64,000 nt of DNA from Octopus vulgaris (Eukaryota), in assembly GCA_951406725.2 (NCBI GenBank), contig OX597828.1, positions 68,510,001-68,574,000 on the forward strand. Reading direction: 5' to 3'. The notes under the pieces were generated by a model. The model was given only the letters and a program-made list of their open reading frames with translations, did no database searches and had not been told where the DNA came from. Shown here piece by piece: positions 26,376 through 41,326 of the stretch (within the stretch, counting starts at the first letter, position 1; each line of letters opens with the position of its first letter). Made by a program: the position numbers and the translations under genes.

Positions 26376-27199
26376 TCGCACGTTTGGCAGCTAAATCACC
26401 GCCATAAAGACTGCAACCATTCACAATAACCATCGCCATGACAGCCAATACGCTTCTTGCAGTCACCATTATCAACTACATCGTTCTTAAAACGCAAACC
26501 CTGAAGCTATTAGACAACAGCTTCTGAGCCCCTCCCATTCTCTCTATATTTTTTAGTAACTTTTCTGGTAAATTAACTATTTTGCTATCCAGTTTTGTTC
26601 ACTTGGATTCTTGGAATGGTTTCTGCTGTTACATTTCGAACTGTAATGGCAGTTAGTCTTTTTAGATTTGTTTTCCTTTTTGTTGCAGCGAATAAACTAA
26701 AACAAAGAGTGAACAACTAAAAACACACGGCAAGCCTTTAATGTTTGTAGAAACTCCATTGTTGTCGCTGTATTGTAATTTGTTTCCCCCTTTTTTATTT
26801 TTGTATTAAGAGGAAGAGTATTTCGATTCATAGAAATACTGTTTGCATTTTCTTAATGAAAAAAGAAACAAACTTCTATGCAATTTATAATTGTTACTTA
26901 TTTTGTAGTTAAAGCAGTTTTGGACAATTTTTCTTCTTCATTGAATGTTCCACTATAATTCAGGCAGGTATACACTGTTTTATCAAACGTATTCGGAGTG
27001 TATTAGAGGTTATGTAATACGTGTTCACGTGTGGCTTATGCTTGCTTGTTTCCTTAACAAGTTGATACTGTCGACCAGGACAGTTGCTGTGTTCATGGAA
27101 ATTAATGTGTTGTCATTAGCTCTATTTCTTTCATAGTAACAACTTTTGAAGTTTTCTATAATTTCTAAATGTTATCTGCCAGTTATTCATTCTAACTTG

Positions 27200-27512
27200 A
27201 AGATCCACCCACCACACGCGATAGACTGGCGGTTGCACGGGCGCGAAAGCTACGTTGTTTTCCTCATTCCGTAAACGGTGGCTTTTTTTCGGGTGGAGAG
27301 CTGAACCATCTAGACTAGGGTCTGAAAGTTTTACCACACCATAGTGGGTTACAGCATGGTTTCTCTGCTTTGTGGCAGAAGTAGGAAGAAAGAGTGAGAT
27401 AAAGTTGTGGTGAAAGAATACGTCGGAGTTCACCATCCCTCCCGGCCGGAGCCTCGTGGAGCTTAGGTGTTTTTGCTCAATAAACACTCACAATGCCCGG
27501 TTTAGGAATCGA
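27200..27512 (-). mobile_element. SINE family C, 5'-truncated, tail variant 5
   Basis: Shared body (ctccacgaggctccggc...caccacaactt) followed by a tail not seen elsewhere in the window. Confidence 0.65.
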
Positions 27513-28091
27513 AAAATTTACCCAAATTTAAGTATTTCATTCGAAAATGATCTTTGATGTTAAATTATGACTAATTAAAATCAGATCACCTGAGCGACCA
27601 ACCCTATCATATTTTTCACCAGAAGATTACCCTAGAAATCAGCAATGGTAAAACTATTGCAAGAATATATTCCGCCAGTTCCAAAGAATCTGAATGCTTC
27701 TATGACGGAATATTATTGTTATATATGAAAGATGCGACATACTTTTAGTTTCTGAGGACTCTGCGATAGAGTCGTGTAACAACGTTTAAAGAAGTTTAAA
27801 AACATTGGTATTTATGCGAGACTGAAGCATTCTTAGGCCAACATCCTTCTTATATCGGATTTTTTTTGCCAAAAGCTATCAGACGTCTCATGCCTTGAAA
27901 TTCTCTATAATCCTCTGCTCTTCCACCAAATCAATGCATCTCTGTCTGTTGAATGAAAAAAAAAAAAAAATGATGGAAGATTACGTTGTCTAACTTCTTA
28001 AACTGGTTTGTCTCCTTATTTCGTAATCTTGCTAGTTTCACTTGTGTTTAGTATCTATTCACTCTACCCCCACTCTCTCTCTCTCTCTCAT

Positions 28092-28140
<49 letters not shown>

Positions 28141-28268
28141 CACACATATATATACATATACACTTAATCATTTATCTTTTACTTGTTTTATCGTTTATTT
28201 GTTTCAGTCATTTGATTGCAGCCATGCTGAGTTCAAATTCCGCCGAGGTCGACTTTGCCTTTCATCCT

Positions 28269-29060
28269 TATTGCCCACAAGGGGCTAAACACAGAGGGGA
28301 CAAACAAGGACAGACAAAGGAATTAAGTCGATTACATCGACCCTAGTGCGTAACTTATACTTAATTTAACGACCCCGAAAGGATGAAGGCCAAAGTCGAC
28401 CTCGGCGGAATTTGAACTCAGAACGTAATGACAAACGAAATGCCTATTTCTTTACTACCCACAAGGGGCTAAACATAGAGGGGACAAACAAGGACAGACA
28501 AACGGATTAAATCGACTATATCGACCCCAGTGCGCAACTGGTACTTATTTAATCGACCCCAAAAGGATGAAGGCCAAAGTCGACCTCGGCGGAATTTGAA
28601 CTCAGAACGTAATGACAGACGAAATGCCTATTTCTTTACTACCCACAAGGGGCTAAACATAGAGGGGACAAACAAGGACAGACAAACGGATTAAGTCGAC
28701 TATATCGACCCCAGTGCGCAACTGGTACTTATTTAATCGACCCCAAAAGGATGAAAGGCAAAGTCAACCTCGGCGGAATGTGAACAGCTTGCTAACAAGT
28801 CTACCAGCTCGCCGACAGACGAAATACCTATTTCTTTACTACCCACAGGGGGCTAAACATAGAGGGGACAAACAAGGACAGACAAACGGATTAAGTCGAT
28901 TACATCGACCCCAATGTGTAACTGGTACTTAATTTATCGACCCCGAAAGGATGAAAGGCAAAGTCAACCTCAGCGGAATTTGAACTCAGAACGTAACGGC
29001 AGACGAAATACGGCTACGCATTTCGCCCGGCGTGCTAACGTTTCTGCCAGCTCACCGCCT
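28269..29060 (-). mobile_element. SINE family A tandem array (4 body-plus-tail units, one head)
   Basis: About 181-bp units, each starting ...tttactacccacaagggg. Confidence 0.9.
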
Positions 29061-29372
29061 TGTGTGGCAAGCATCTTGCCGCACAGCCACACCTGCGCCT
29101 ATAATATTAAAATTTAGTGAAAAGAAAACATCGATGCCGAACTGATGAGAGAATTGCAGTTATTCCACTCACGCTATTGTTTCAGGTTTCTAATTGCTTT
29201 TAGCGGATCACTTGGATTTGTAACAAACTCCTTCGGTACGAGTCTTGAAAAGCTGGATTTCCCAAAGTCAGAAAGTATATAGCTAAGCAGGAAAATACAG
29301 CTACAGACTATTAAAAGCACTGTTAAAAATATGTGAAATAAAGTTTAGCATGTAGTAAGTGTATATACACAG

Positions 29373-29738
29373 ATGTTCCGTGCTAGTAGGGTGCCAAGAG
29401 CACCATCCCAGCGTGATCGTTGCCAGAGCAGCCAACTGGCTCCGTGCCGGTGGCACGTAAAAGGGCACCATTCGAGCATGATCGTTACCAACGTCGCCTT
29501 ACTGGCACCTGTGCCGGTGGCATGTGTAAAAAGATTCGAGCGAGGTCATTGCCAGTACTGCCTGACTGGCCCCTGTGCCGGTGGCACGTAAAAGCACCCA
29601 CTACACTCTCAGAGTGGTTGGCATTAGGAAGGGCATCCAGCTGTAGAAACTCTGCCAGATCAAGATTGGAGCCTGGTGCAGCCATCTGGTTCGCCAGTTC
29701 TCTGTCAAAATCGTCCAACCCATGCTAGGATGATGATG
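29373..29738 (+). mobile_element. retroposon with 3 internal about 60-bp repeats (tgccggtggcacgtaaaa) and RTE-like tail
   Basis: aggaagggcatccagctgtagaaac motif and (GAT)n end. Confidence 0.65.
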
Positions 29739-30129
29739 TAGGCAGGCAAACATGTTTCTTTGCACATACATAAACCAAAACATCCACATCCACACAATGA
29801 CACCCAAAACTATACATATGTGTATGCGTATATATGCATACGTACACATTTACTTGCACCCATACATACACACACAGACACACTCAGAACTTCTCCGTAG
29901 AGGTTATCTAAATTCCAATGAAAGAGTCTGGTTTTCTTGGCAAGAAACTAGTTCTTTCTCCATTGGTGAGAAATTCGAAAAATAAAGCAGAAAAGTATAC
30001 AAGCGTACTCACATATACACACATACATATACATAAATATACACACATATACATACGCACAAACATCGATATACATACAAACAGATACATGCCTACACAA
30101 ATACATATACATACATACATACATACACA

Positions 30130-30177
<48 letters not shown>

Positions 30178-30759
30178 CTAACAGACGCATATTCATGCAC
30201 GCATACATATCCACCTACACACATACAATCATAGATCGATGCTAAATCGGTCATAACTTTGTGGTAGATCTAAGTATCGAACCAGTATTAGCTCCGGAAA
30301 GCGATCAATGTAATCGGTTAGCAGTGATTAAGTCATCTGAGCAAATGTCTGGACGTTTTACTACCGATTGTTTAATATTTTCCCACAGTTCTCTATTGTT
30401 TATTCTTATTATTACGTTGTCTTTTTTTTATTGCTTTCGTTATTTTTCCTCCTTATCAATTTATTAATATTGGGTGGTGAAGACTTGAGAAAATAATATT
30501 AGCGTAAAGGTTTGACAAAAAATTATATTTGGTTACATCGGTTTTCCTTTCTGTTCAAATTTCAAGTTCTATCGTCATCGATTTAACATTTTAAGTGCAG
30601 CAGGCAGGAAAATCTATCAAAATATTGGACTTTGTGCCTTTGTAAGAAATTCTTTTTCTTATAGGGTGGTGGTTAGAAATATGTTTGTTTGAGTCATAAA
30701 TAATCCGAGTGACGATAAATGCAAGTCACAAGCATGCAGCTACTATATTCAAATATTGG

Positions 30760-31047
30760 TGGAGGCACATGGCCTAGTGGTTAGAGCAGCGAACTCGCGG
30801 TTGAGGGATCGCGGGTTCGAATCTCAGACCAGACCATGTGTGTTTATGAGCGAAACACCTAACGCGGCTCCGGCAGAAGGTAATGGCGAACTTCTGCTGA
30901 CTCTTTCGCCACAACTTTCTCTCACTCTTTCCTCCTGTATCTTGCAGCTCACCTGCGATGGACCGGCGTCCTGTCTAGGTGGGGAACATATACGCCAAGG
31001 AAACCGGCCCTTATGAGCCAGGCATGGCTTGAGAAGGAACAAACAAA
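30760..31047 (+). mobile_element. SINE family C, tail variant 2
   Basis: Matches 7318-7630; flanking tattcaa(a/g)tattgg duplicated. Confidence 0.9.
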
Positions 31048-31259
31048 AATATTCAAGTATTGGTTACAAGACCAGTGGGAAAAGGGGGGAGAGGAACGGG
31101 GTAAGGTTGGGTGGAAGTATTGCATTTACAGTGTGATATCATGTGTTTCTTCACTCTGAAACATGTTCAACAGATAAAATAAAGGAACACCAAGTTCAAG
31201 CCCATGTTCTTTCCTCTCGTTATTAGTGTGCTCTTTGTATTACATTCTAGCCCTCGTCA

Positions 31260-31430
31260 GACGGCATAGAGGCCGAAGCGATGACCATCGAGACCGTTTA
31301 AATATAAGCTGAGCTGGACAAGATGAAGGATCGTTGCCTACTTGAGGTCCTGCTGTATGGAGAATTCTCTGCTGGGCAGCGTGACACAGAGGCACGAAAT
31401 ACAAGTCACAAATAATGTTTGAAAGTTTAC
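31260..31430 (+). mobile_element. RTE LINE 3' remnant
   Basis: Reads MKDRCLLEVLLYGEFSAGQR, resembling the RTE ORF C-terminus. Confidence 0.55.
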
Positions 31431-31674
31431 CATGTTTGACCATCGCCAATGGCTTACAAAAACTTTCATTCCCGAACTGTACGCCACACTATTCACCAGT
31501 TATTCTCACCCTTCGATAACGCAACGCAGGGTTAATCTCGAAGACAAAAGGCGATTCAGAACTCAGAGACAAAGTTATTGATCAACTTTGTTAAAGCTAT
31601 TCTAAACATACATAACACACACGCATGTATACACACACATACACAAATACACACGCGAGCGCACACACACACAC

Positions 31675-32245
31675 ATCATCATCATCATCATTGTTCGACT
31701 GTGGTCAAGACAATGGAATTTACTATGCTACGCTAGACTTCACGGTCCATCATTGCATTACGGAGGTCCTGTTGCTGGATGCCTGTATCCCTGGAGATTA
31801 CATCAGGGTAGGAGAGTGTGCGCCCTCTGGTGTTGCGAGCAGATGGCTTCCAGAGGAGAAGAGTAGAAATTACCTCGTTTTCAGCTCTACAACAATGTCC
31901 AGCAAACTGGACTCTTCCTACCTTTCACAAGAGATGATACAGGGTGGTAGTTTCCCATATATTTGCATTTTGGTTGGATGACGCTTCCATGAGAGATTTT
32001 GAGCTCTCATAAGGAGGTGAGTGTAAGTTCCATCCAACCGCCTCTCAAGCTTCTTTGATAACGTCCAGGTTTCTGAGCCATATAGTAGAATTGGTTCGAC
32101 TGTGGCTTTGAAGATTTTAAGTTTGACGTCTCTACCTAGATTTGATGACCAGATCTTATGCATGTCATTACAGGCTGACTAGGCCATACCCTCTCTAGTT
32201 AGAAAGTCTTTTCCAGATGATGATATGTATGACCCAAGATATTAG
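31675..32245 (-). mobile_element. RTE-clade LINE 3' fragment with (GAT)n tail
   Basis: Reads KLKIFKATVEPILLYGSETWTL...RLDGTYT and FAGHC. Confidence 0.88.
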
Positions 32246-32314
32246 TAATACACACACACACATACACGCGCGCGCACACCCACACCCATCTATAGTCATA
32301 TATATATTGATAAG

Positions 32315-32715
32315 GGTTTGGTAAGAAGTTTGCTTCCTAATCACATAGTTCTGGGTTCAGCCCCACTGCATGGCATCTTGGGCAAGTGTCTTCTACTATA
32401 GTCTCGGGCCGACCAAAGCCTTGTGAGTGGATCTGATAGACGGAAACTGAAAGAAGCCTGTCGTGTGTGTGTATGTGTGTGTGTGTATACATACATGTGT
32501 GCATGTGCGTTTGTGTATATGTCTATGTTTTCTCTCACCCACCACCGATTGAAAACCGGTGTTGGTATGTTTACGTCCCCGTAATCTAGCTGTTTGGTAA
32601 AAAAAAAGGACTAGGTTTCTATAAAAAATAAGTACTGAAAACAATTTCTTCGACTAAAACTCTTAAAAGCAGTGCTCCAGCATGGCTGTAATTTAGATGA
32701 AACAAAAGATAAACG
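32315..32715 (+). mobile_element. SINE family B
   Basis: Consensus similarity. Confidence 0.85.
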
Positions 32716-32726
32716 ATACATACAAC

Positions 32727-32940
32727 CGTTACCACGCCGGGCGAAATGCTTAGCGGTATTTCGTCTGCCGTTACGTTCTGAGTTCAAATTCCGCCGAGGT
32801 CGACTTTGCCTTTCATCCTTTCGGGGTCGATAAATTGAAGTACCAGTTACGCACTGGGGTCGATGTAATCGACTTAATTCGTTTGTCTGTCCTTGTTTGT
32901 CCCCTCTGTGTTTAGCCCCTTGTGGGTAGTAAAGAAACAG
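32727..32940 (+). mobile_element. SINE family A
   Basis: Consensus match; TSD gatacataca. Confidence 0.88.
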
Positions 32941-32958
32941 ATACATACATATAAACAC

Positions 32959-32993
<35 letters not shown>

Positions 32994-33517
32994 CACATGC
33001 ATGTGGACACGCCATATACATACATGTAAGAGCGTATATAAGTGTAATCATATTAGCAGTTGTACAAGTTTTCACTGAGGATCTATCTAATCCTCCCATT
33101 TATGGATGACCAGATGTATCAATTAGTTTTGCGGTTTTTATAATATTGGAATGCACACACACACACACAGACACACACACAGACACACACACACGCGTAT
33201 ATGTGTGTGTGCGCGCGTCTGTGTATTATAATATATATGTATAAATGTACAGTGCGATTATTATGTGTATATATCTGACAATATGAATATATATATATTA
33301 TAGTTAAGCTCTCTCTCTCTCTCCCTCTCCCCCGACCCCCACAAATATAGGCGTGCTTTCAAATACGCCCATATGCATATCTATATTTGATAAAGATTCT
33401 TTGAATTATTCATGTTTTGAAAGCGATATCTTATAGTGCGATATATATTCTTATCTAAGTCACATATGCACACATGCACTCTGTCATAGATAGACATAGA
33501 AATACGCATACATATAC

Positions 33518-33568
<51 letters not shown>

Positions 33569-33570
33569 CA

Positions 33571-33606
<36 letters not shown>

Positions 33607-33620
33607 TATATATGTATGTA

Positions 33621-33661
<41 letters not shown>

Positions 33662-34146
33662 ATGTTGCTTGAGCTTAAAGTTAACGATAAAATGTTATCT
33701 ATATACATACATTGATTGACAAAATGGTTATTTTTAAAACGCTGATATTTTTGAGCAAGAATTCGGCTAATGGAATCAATCAAAAACTGTTGCTACGTTA
33801 TATTTCGGTGTTATATTTGCCTCATCGTTCCGGGTTCGAATATTGATCGTATTAATTAGTTTTCTAGCTTTTGAAATAGTTACTGCAATGTGTCGTGGTC
33901 GTAATAATAGTACTACAAGCAGTTATATTTTTAAGGACTCGTTCAAACACCCTAAAATAACATGAAAATATGGGGATTACAAAATATATACGTCTGAACA
34001 AATTTATAGAAAAATCTAGTCAATGTGTAAGGACGTTATGCAATGGATGTGTTAAAAAATTAATAAAAGTACAAAATGAATATAATATTTGAAACAATAT
34101 GGAGGCGGCTCGCTGGTATAGTCTTTAACTGGTATAATTGTTAACT

Positions 34147-34545
34147 GGTATAATCGTTAGCATGCTGGGAATTTTGTCCGTCCTCACGTTCTGAGTTCAA
34201 ATTTCGTCAGGGTCGGTTTTGACTTTTATTCCTTTCGGGGTCGATTAAATAAGTGCCAGTTACGCACAGGGGTCGATATAGTCGACTTAATCCCTGTGTC
34301 TGTCCTTGTTTGTCCTCTCTGTGTTTAGCTCCCTGTGGGTAGTAAAGAAATAGGTATAATCATTAGCATGCTGGGAATTTTGTCCGTCCTTGCGTTCTGA
34401 GTTTAAATTCCGTCAGGGTCGGTTTTGACTTTTATTCCTTTTGGGATTGATTAAGTAAGTACAAGTTGACCACTGGGGCGGTCGATGTAATTGACTTGGG
34501 ATCTTCCACACCAAACAGCTGGCCTTGTGCCAAAATTTGAAACTA
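34147..34545 (+). mobile_element. SINE family A tandem dimer (tail 3 unit, then tail 1 unit)
   Basis: Duplicated divergent body ggtataatc..ttagcatgctgggaattttgtccgtcct. Confidence 0.85.
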
Positions 34546-35896
34546 TATAAGTTAATTTAAAAAACACGAAAAGCATTTCTGGTAATCTTTCCACACAAGG
34601 GTCCTTCTACCTGTGTAGGTGGCCTATGCTGAGTTTGATCACTCTACTATACTAATTTCCCGCTACTCCCGCTATACCCGAAGGTGCCCCTAATCTCTTA
34701 CATCCTTTAAAAAATTGTGCAATGTTAACATAAAGACCTGCTGTGTGATTTTTATTAGGGGCCTATTACCTGTGATCCCTACAAAATCGGAACCTGTCTC
34801 TTCCTCAGTTAACGTATTGATATTCCTTTAATACTATCAGTCCTTCTTTTGTTCTGTGAGGAAAATGTGACTTATCTCCGAGTGTATTCTTCTTTCCACT
34901 AGTTCTCTTCTCTATTATTGCTTCCTCACTATCGACAACAACCTGCTACTCAAGCTCAATTTCCAAATCTTCCTTAAAATACGGTTTACATATCTTCCTT
35001 AAACGCTGGTTATGACTGGAGATGTGCCTCGGCTTCTTGGTCAGATCCTGGGACTAAGGAAGGGACGATCTATTTCGATAATTTCAGAACTTCACTCATT
35101 AATACTCTAAGAATGGCTGCCTCCTCAGACTGTAGTTGTTGTTGTTTCTGTTATTTGAAACCTAACATGGACATTAGCATCATATATAAGTAGCCACTGG
35201 GATTTATACTCTGAACAATCAGTCATTTTCTCTCGCCACAACTTCGTAATCGTTGTGTGGTCTTATGGGATCATGAGGGCTTATATGTACATAGAAACAC
35301 CTTTCAACCATAAGATATGGACGGATGGTCAGCACTGACCATCTGTCCATATTGTTCTACGAAGGTGGCCACGAGTTAGATATGAATGTTGTCATCGATA
35401 ACTTTTAATGAAACTTGGTCTTCCTTCCTCCTGAATAGTTTGAAGTTAGTATATGGTCTGGTATGTGAGATCCTAACGGGGCTTACCCCTTTGCTCTATT
35501 CTCAGTTTTAAGGGCAACGTATTGTGCCATATGTCTTCTCTCACATCTCTCATGAAGTTAGCCCTCGCCAATTCACGGACCAGCGGGAGCAAGCTTCAGC
35601 TGGTTTCCGAAGTATATAAGGGAGCACCCTGTCATGTTGGTAATGAAAAAGGGCTCAGTTTTCTTGTCCTTCACGCCTTGTGACACCTTGTAAAAATGTC
35701 TTTGTTTTTGTTATAGAATGCTATACATCTCTCTTTCATCTAAGTGGTACATGTTTAGAACTTGTCTAGGAGAAAACAAAAATGCTTCTCCACTGAATTT
35801 TTCATTGTTACTTTTATTTGGGTGTGTGGATGTTATTTCAGCCTTGCCAAGGATCATATGTTTTGTTAGATCTTCTTTTGAGAAAGAATGTACATC

Positions 35897-35998
<102 letters not shown>

Positions 35999-36869
35999 CA
36001 CACATACATACACATACGCATGGAAAATGTGAACATTTTCTTTACTCTTAATAAAGTTCTGTTCATTTTCGTCATGTGATAAATAAAACAAAAAACTGTG
36101 AACATTTACTACACTAAATAGTTGAGGTTTTCATTTCGTACTCCAGATCGTGGAAGAACACCCCTAAAAATTAACTGGAAAAATCATTATAATATTTACT
36201 TTAGATTAAATCAAATATTTTCACTTTTGGCATTTTTGTAAGTTTTAATAAAGAAAAATATAAAACTGCACAGTAGAGCAACAACCGATTTAGCAATGTG
36301 TAAGAAAAAGAAAAGTGAATTTAATGAAAAATAAATAAATAATTACATGACCAGGATTTCCATTAGTGAAACTGCTGGTTGCAGAGACAGAGACAGTAGC
36401 TTTAACACTGATAATTATTCAAGCAACTGGAATAATCCGATATTGCACTTTAAGATATGTTGGTGATTTATTTCTATTTATTTCTATTTATAGCCTGATT
36501 TTTCTAAAACAAAGAAAATACTTTTTAAAATATACGCAACGAATCTAATGATTTGCTTTGAAGATATCTTTCAGAGTCGATAAAACAAGTATCGGTTGAG
36601 TATTGGGGATGGATCGACTATAACCTTTCCCCCAAATTTCGGGGCTTGTGCCTATTATAGAAAGGGGTTATTATTAATGCGGTGAGCTAACAGAATCGCT
36701 AGCGCGTCGGACAAAACGCTGAGCGGCATTTCTTCCGGCTCTTTACGTTCTGAGTTCAAATACTGCCAAGCTCGACTTTACCTTTCATCCTTTTGGAGTT
36801 GATAAGGTAAGTACCAATGGAACATTGAAGTTGATGTAAGCGACTTTCTCCTCTTAAATTTGCTGACCA

Positions 36870-38200
36870 AATTATTGGTCGGCAAGAATGATCGTCTCCA
36901 ATTCAACCCCAACAATTACTTTGCCCACTCCATCGACTCCTTAGTTTTCACCAACTTTTCCTGCCCTACTCAACCATGCTGCCGTCCACTGATTCCAAGT
37001 TCCCTATTTTGGACCGCTATATTTATTTGTCTCAACTTCCTGTTTTCTACCTTCACCTCCTACAATTTCTCGTTTCGTAGCCATTCACATTTAATAGTTC
37101 AACTGACTTTTGTTCGACTTCTCACATATTGAAGTCGGTCCTCCAACCTGCTGACTTAACAAGTACCACCGTTGGGCCTGCATCCGTCACACCTTCACGT
37201 ATATCTATTAATACCCGCTGTCTTACCAATTCGCTAAAGTTGAGCATTCGATCCTTGGTAGATAGTCATTATATTATACTCTTCACCCCGTCCGTGGACG
37301 ACTTTCGGATCCGGATCGACACCGAGCAGTCCTGTATCGTACCCTGCATCGTACATCCATTTATGACATACTTAACTTTCTGATATAGGCCAGCTTATCT
37401 CCCCTCCCTTTTTGCCTAACGCCACCAATCTCATTGTTTGTATGTCACATAGCTTCTCCATGACTTCATCTTCGACTTCCATACGGTTAACGCAGTCTGT
37501 CATACTCTTGTTATTGTTTACGACTTGCCTCTAATGATTCCCAGTTCTCTATATTGGGCTTGCTATCACACACAGATGGCACTAACCACCACCTTTTCAG
37601 CTCCTTCTCCTCCTTACTTGTGTTTTCTTAGCTATTTTAAACCTGAACGTTAAGTCCTTCTATTGTCATATCCAAAACCTTAAATTCTTGCTGCACTGTT
37701 GCTCTGCGTTCGAATCCCTCTCCTATAATTTCTTCTGCCTAGAACTTGTCTTCATTCCCAGTTATTCTTTTCTGGGCAGTGTTTTACCAACAGTTTAATA
37801 GCGATGCCTTCTATTCCACCACCTTCTCCCTCTCACCATTCCAAAAAACTTTCTTCTCTTTCAATCTGACCGTAATACCCCCAGAAATTTTCCCGAAGAC
37901 ATTTTCCTTCCTTCAGACGGGGCCACAACCCGGTCGACCTTTTACCCCCAACAATTTCTTGCCTCATCTAACCAGGATCCTTTACCTGATCCTGCTTCTC
38001 TTATAACAAGTCTTTGCGTCCAGAATATCAGGTAGCCTCTCTACAAAGGTTTAGGTCTTTTTTTCAAGTCAGGAGCCATTTTACTCGCTCCTTCAAAAAT
38101 TTGTCATCTCCTTTATCAAATGGCAACTTCGTCGTTTAACGTACACAGTGAAAAACCGTCAGTACTTTCGAAACATTATGGGTATCTTTTCCCGGATTTT
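36870..38200 (-). mobile_element. possible highly decayed LINE fragment
   Basis: Strand-biased composition typical of old LINEs; only weak endonuclease-like peptide fragments. Confidence 0.3.
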
Positions 38201-40738
38201 GCAAAAGTTATTGTTGTTTTTGGTTCTGAAGCCCAGGTCAACCCAAATTGAATAGATTTATGATCAAAAGCATTCCAGTCCTGATCTTCCCGTCTTCTCA
38301 CACAATTTATGTCGTACTAAATTATCTCAAAAGTCCATTCTGCTTGAAAAAAAATGTATGGGTAAAAAAATGGCTTGAAAGGGAGTTTCAGTTGATAGTT
38401 CTAACAAACCCAGCGAACACATTGAGACTTCTTTATTAAACCGCTTGAAGTTTTGGTTCTTGACGATTGCGGATCAGAAGGATAATCTTGGATGTATGCA
38501 TCGACAGGAGTTTGTGGAGAAAAACGGGAAGCGTTTGGAGTTGTTGTATCTATAGAAGTGATTCTTCTGTAAGCAAGTCCACTCTGGGTTGAAGAGGGAG
38601 AACCAAATGATTTGGAAAAGTTAGTAGGGTCGTTTTTGACAAAGGATTCTTAGAAAAGGGTCGAAGATACGAATTTGCAGTGGCAGAAACGTGTAGTTTT
38701 GCTAAGTAAAGTTGGTGGAGTTGGCGTCTCTGTCTGTCTGTCTGTCTACCTGCCTGCCTGTCTGCCTGCCTGTCTGTCTGGCTATTTATCTGCCTACCCG
38801 TTTGTCTGTATGTGTGTGTACGCGCATTTGCGTGTGCGTGCGTGTGTATATATATATATATGTCTATGTATATATGGTGTTGACTCTGTGATTCTTGTCT
38901 TTAGAACTCAAAAACAAGTCATTTGAGATAGTTATTATTTATTTTTACTTAATGGCACTATACGAATATATAAAAACTAACTTCTATATATTTTACTCTT
39001 CACATCAAATAGAATATCGCCCGAAAACGTAAGTTTTGACTTCCTCTTTAAGTATAGACTTACTTTGGAGTGGAATAACCGATAAGTTTGTTGGTTTATT
39101 TGGAGGAGAAGAGACGATAGATTTTTGTTTTTACTTTGAAATTCTTAGTCTTTGTATATGTCGTTGACAGTCTGGTGGGGATCTTTCGTCTTCAGGCTAA
39201 CAACTATGCCTGGAAATTACAAACTACAGATGTAAGTGACGTGAACTTAAGCTAAATGATTCAATTGAGAACATAAATAACTTGTAATATTTCTAGCGTA
39301 TGAAATTTACTTTTTACATAACTTAAATTAAATGTAAAATAACGGGTGTAGTTTTACACATAAAAGCAAAATTATTCATTCAGAGCCCTCTAAAAGCTAT
39401 TGTATTTATTCTTCTAATAAACCCTTTGGGCCTTTGTGCATGAAGCGAATATGTAATACTTCAAATTCTGTTGAAATTATTTACAGCCTTTCCTGTATAA
39501 CTTCTACATTTTGTAAACATTAAAAGAATAAAGTGTAGAAGAAATTTATCAAATCTAGACGTCAAAAAGCATGAAACAATAGTCTATATTTGGATGAAAG
39601 CATTTTTACCTCTAACAATTTTAGCTTCGCTTCATGCTTCTAATCCCCCTGAGTGAGGTTGCATGATGGGTGATGGTCAACGCTGCATTTTATCTCATCA
39701 AATTTAATGACAAAAACCACTGAGTTTATAATTGGGGTAAGAATGATGAATAAATTACAGCACTCCTTATGTAGAAGTAAGAAATCAACGTCTCCCAATA
39801 TTCGACTGGTGTTTTATTTTAGCTGCATTCGGAAAGATGAAAAGCAAAATTGGCCGCGGCAGGATTTGAACTCATAAGGTTCAGAACTGTAAAATAACAA
39901 GTTGAAACACTTCTCAATTCAAATTCCACTGAGGTAAGTTTTGCCATTCACTCTTAAGGGATCGATGAAATAAAGAACCAATCAAGTACTGACATCGACT
40001 TATATTCATTTTCCTCAACTCTGATGTCTTATACCTAGATCAGAAATCAATATTATTCATCCACTGATCATTAACTGGTATAGGAAAGACGTCAGGAGTT
40101 TCACCTGATATCATTTTAAAAGGAAACAGGGCAGAAACTGAAGATAAGTTCCAGCATGTTCCAGTGGAAGCTCCATGTAATCTGATAAAGAAAAAAAAAT
40201 CTCGAATTTGCCAACAGGAAACACCTCATACACCATCATGTAAAACACACCCACATACACTCTTTGTTATAATAAATATATTTTTCTTTTCTTTTCATAT
40301 TCTTATGTCCTAAACATTAACTGGGATCTATTTTTGCCAAGTAGCTAGGCGTATGTAATTACTGAAAATTTTCAGCAGATATCAGTGGATAAACGAATCG
40401 CCATATTTATAAAGTGTCCGTTTATAAAAAGTAACATCCGGTTTCACATCACATCATTACTCATTTGATTGATTTAACGTCTAAACAGTCATAATGGTCA
40501 CCCACTACGTCCATTTAAGCCACCGCAATATAAACGCATCACATATATAAACAAATGTTTAACGTATTCGTACACACCCACCCACACATACGCACACACA
40601 CACAAACACACTCTCATTAAACATCCTACCTAAATTCATAGAACTAGTATATTTCTCTTTACATTTTTCTGTTTTTCTCTCACTCCTTAATAGTATATAT
40701 ATATATATATATATATGTATACGCATATACGCACAATA

Positions 40739-40796
<58 letters not shown>

Positions 40797-40872
40797 TGTA
40801 TACGTATTTAGGGATGTATTTTTGTTAAAGAGCAAAGTCAGACAGAAATGGTCTTCACCAGAATATTACCGG

Positions 40873-40927
<55 letters not shown>

Positions 40928-41206
40928 CAAAAATAGTAGAAAAACACTAAAAGATACTCACACAAAAAAACAAAAACATGATAAGGAAAAAATCTCCAAG
41001 CAAAAATCTTCCCAAATAATATAAATGTTAAAACTAATGCTTAAAATAATTTATATGTACTTTCAGAAAATGTCGATTGGGGTTGTCATTTTTCAGGGTT
41101 TACAGATGAAATAAACAATAATAACCTTATTTTGTTGCTACACTCACAAATAGTTCAAATTTCAATAGTGACATAATGTCAGCTTGAACTCTAACAGGCT
41201 GTAGTT

Positions 41207-41326
<120 letters not shown>

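Noticed and set aside
28269-29060. Regularly spaced repeats resembling a CRISPR array
   Set aside because: Whole units repeat with no unique spacers; eukaryotic SINE multimer with no cas genes.
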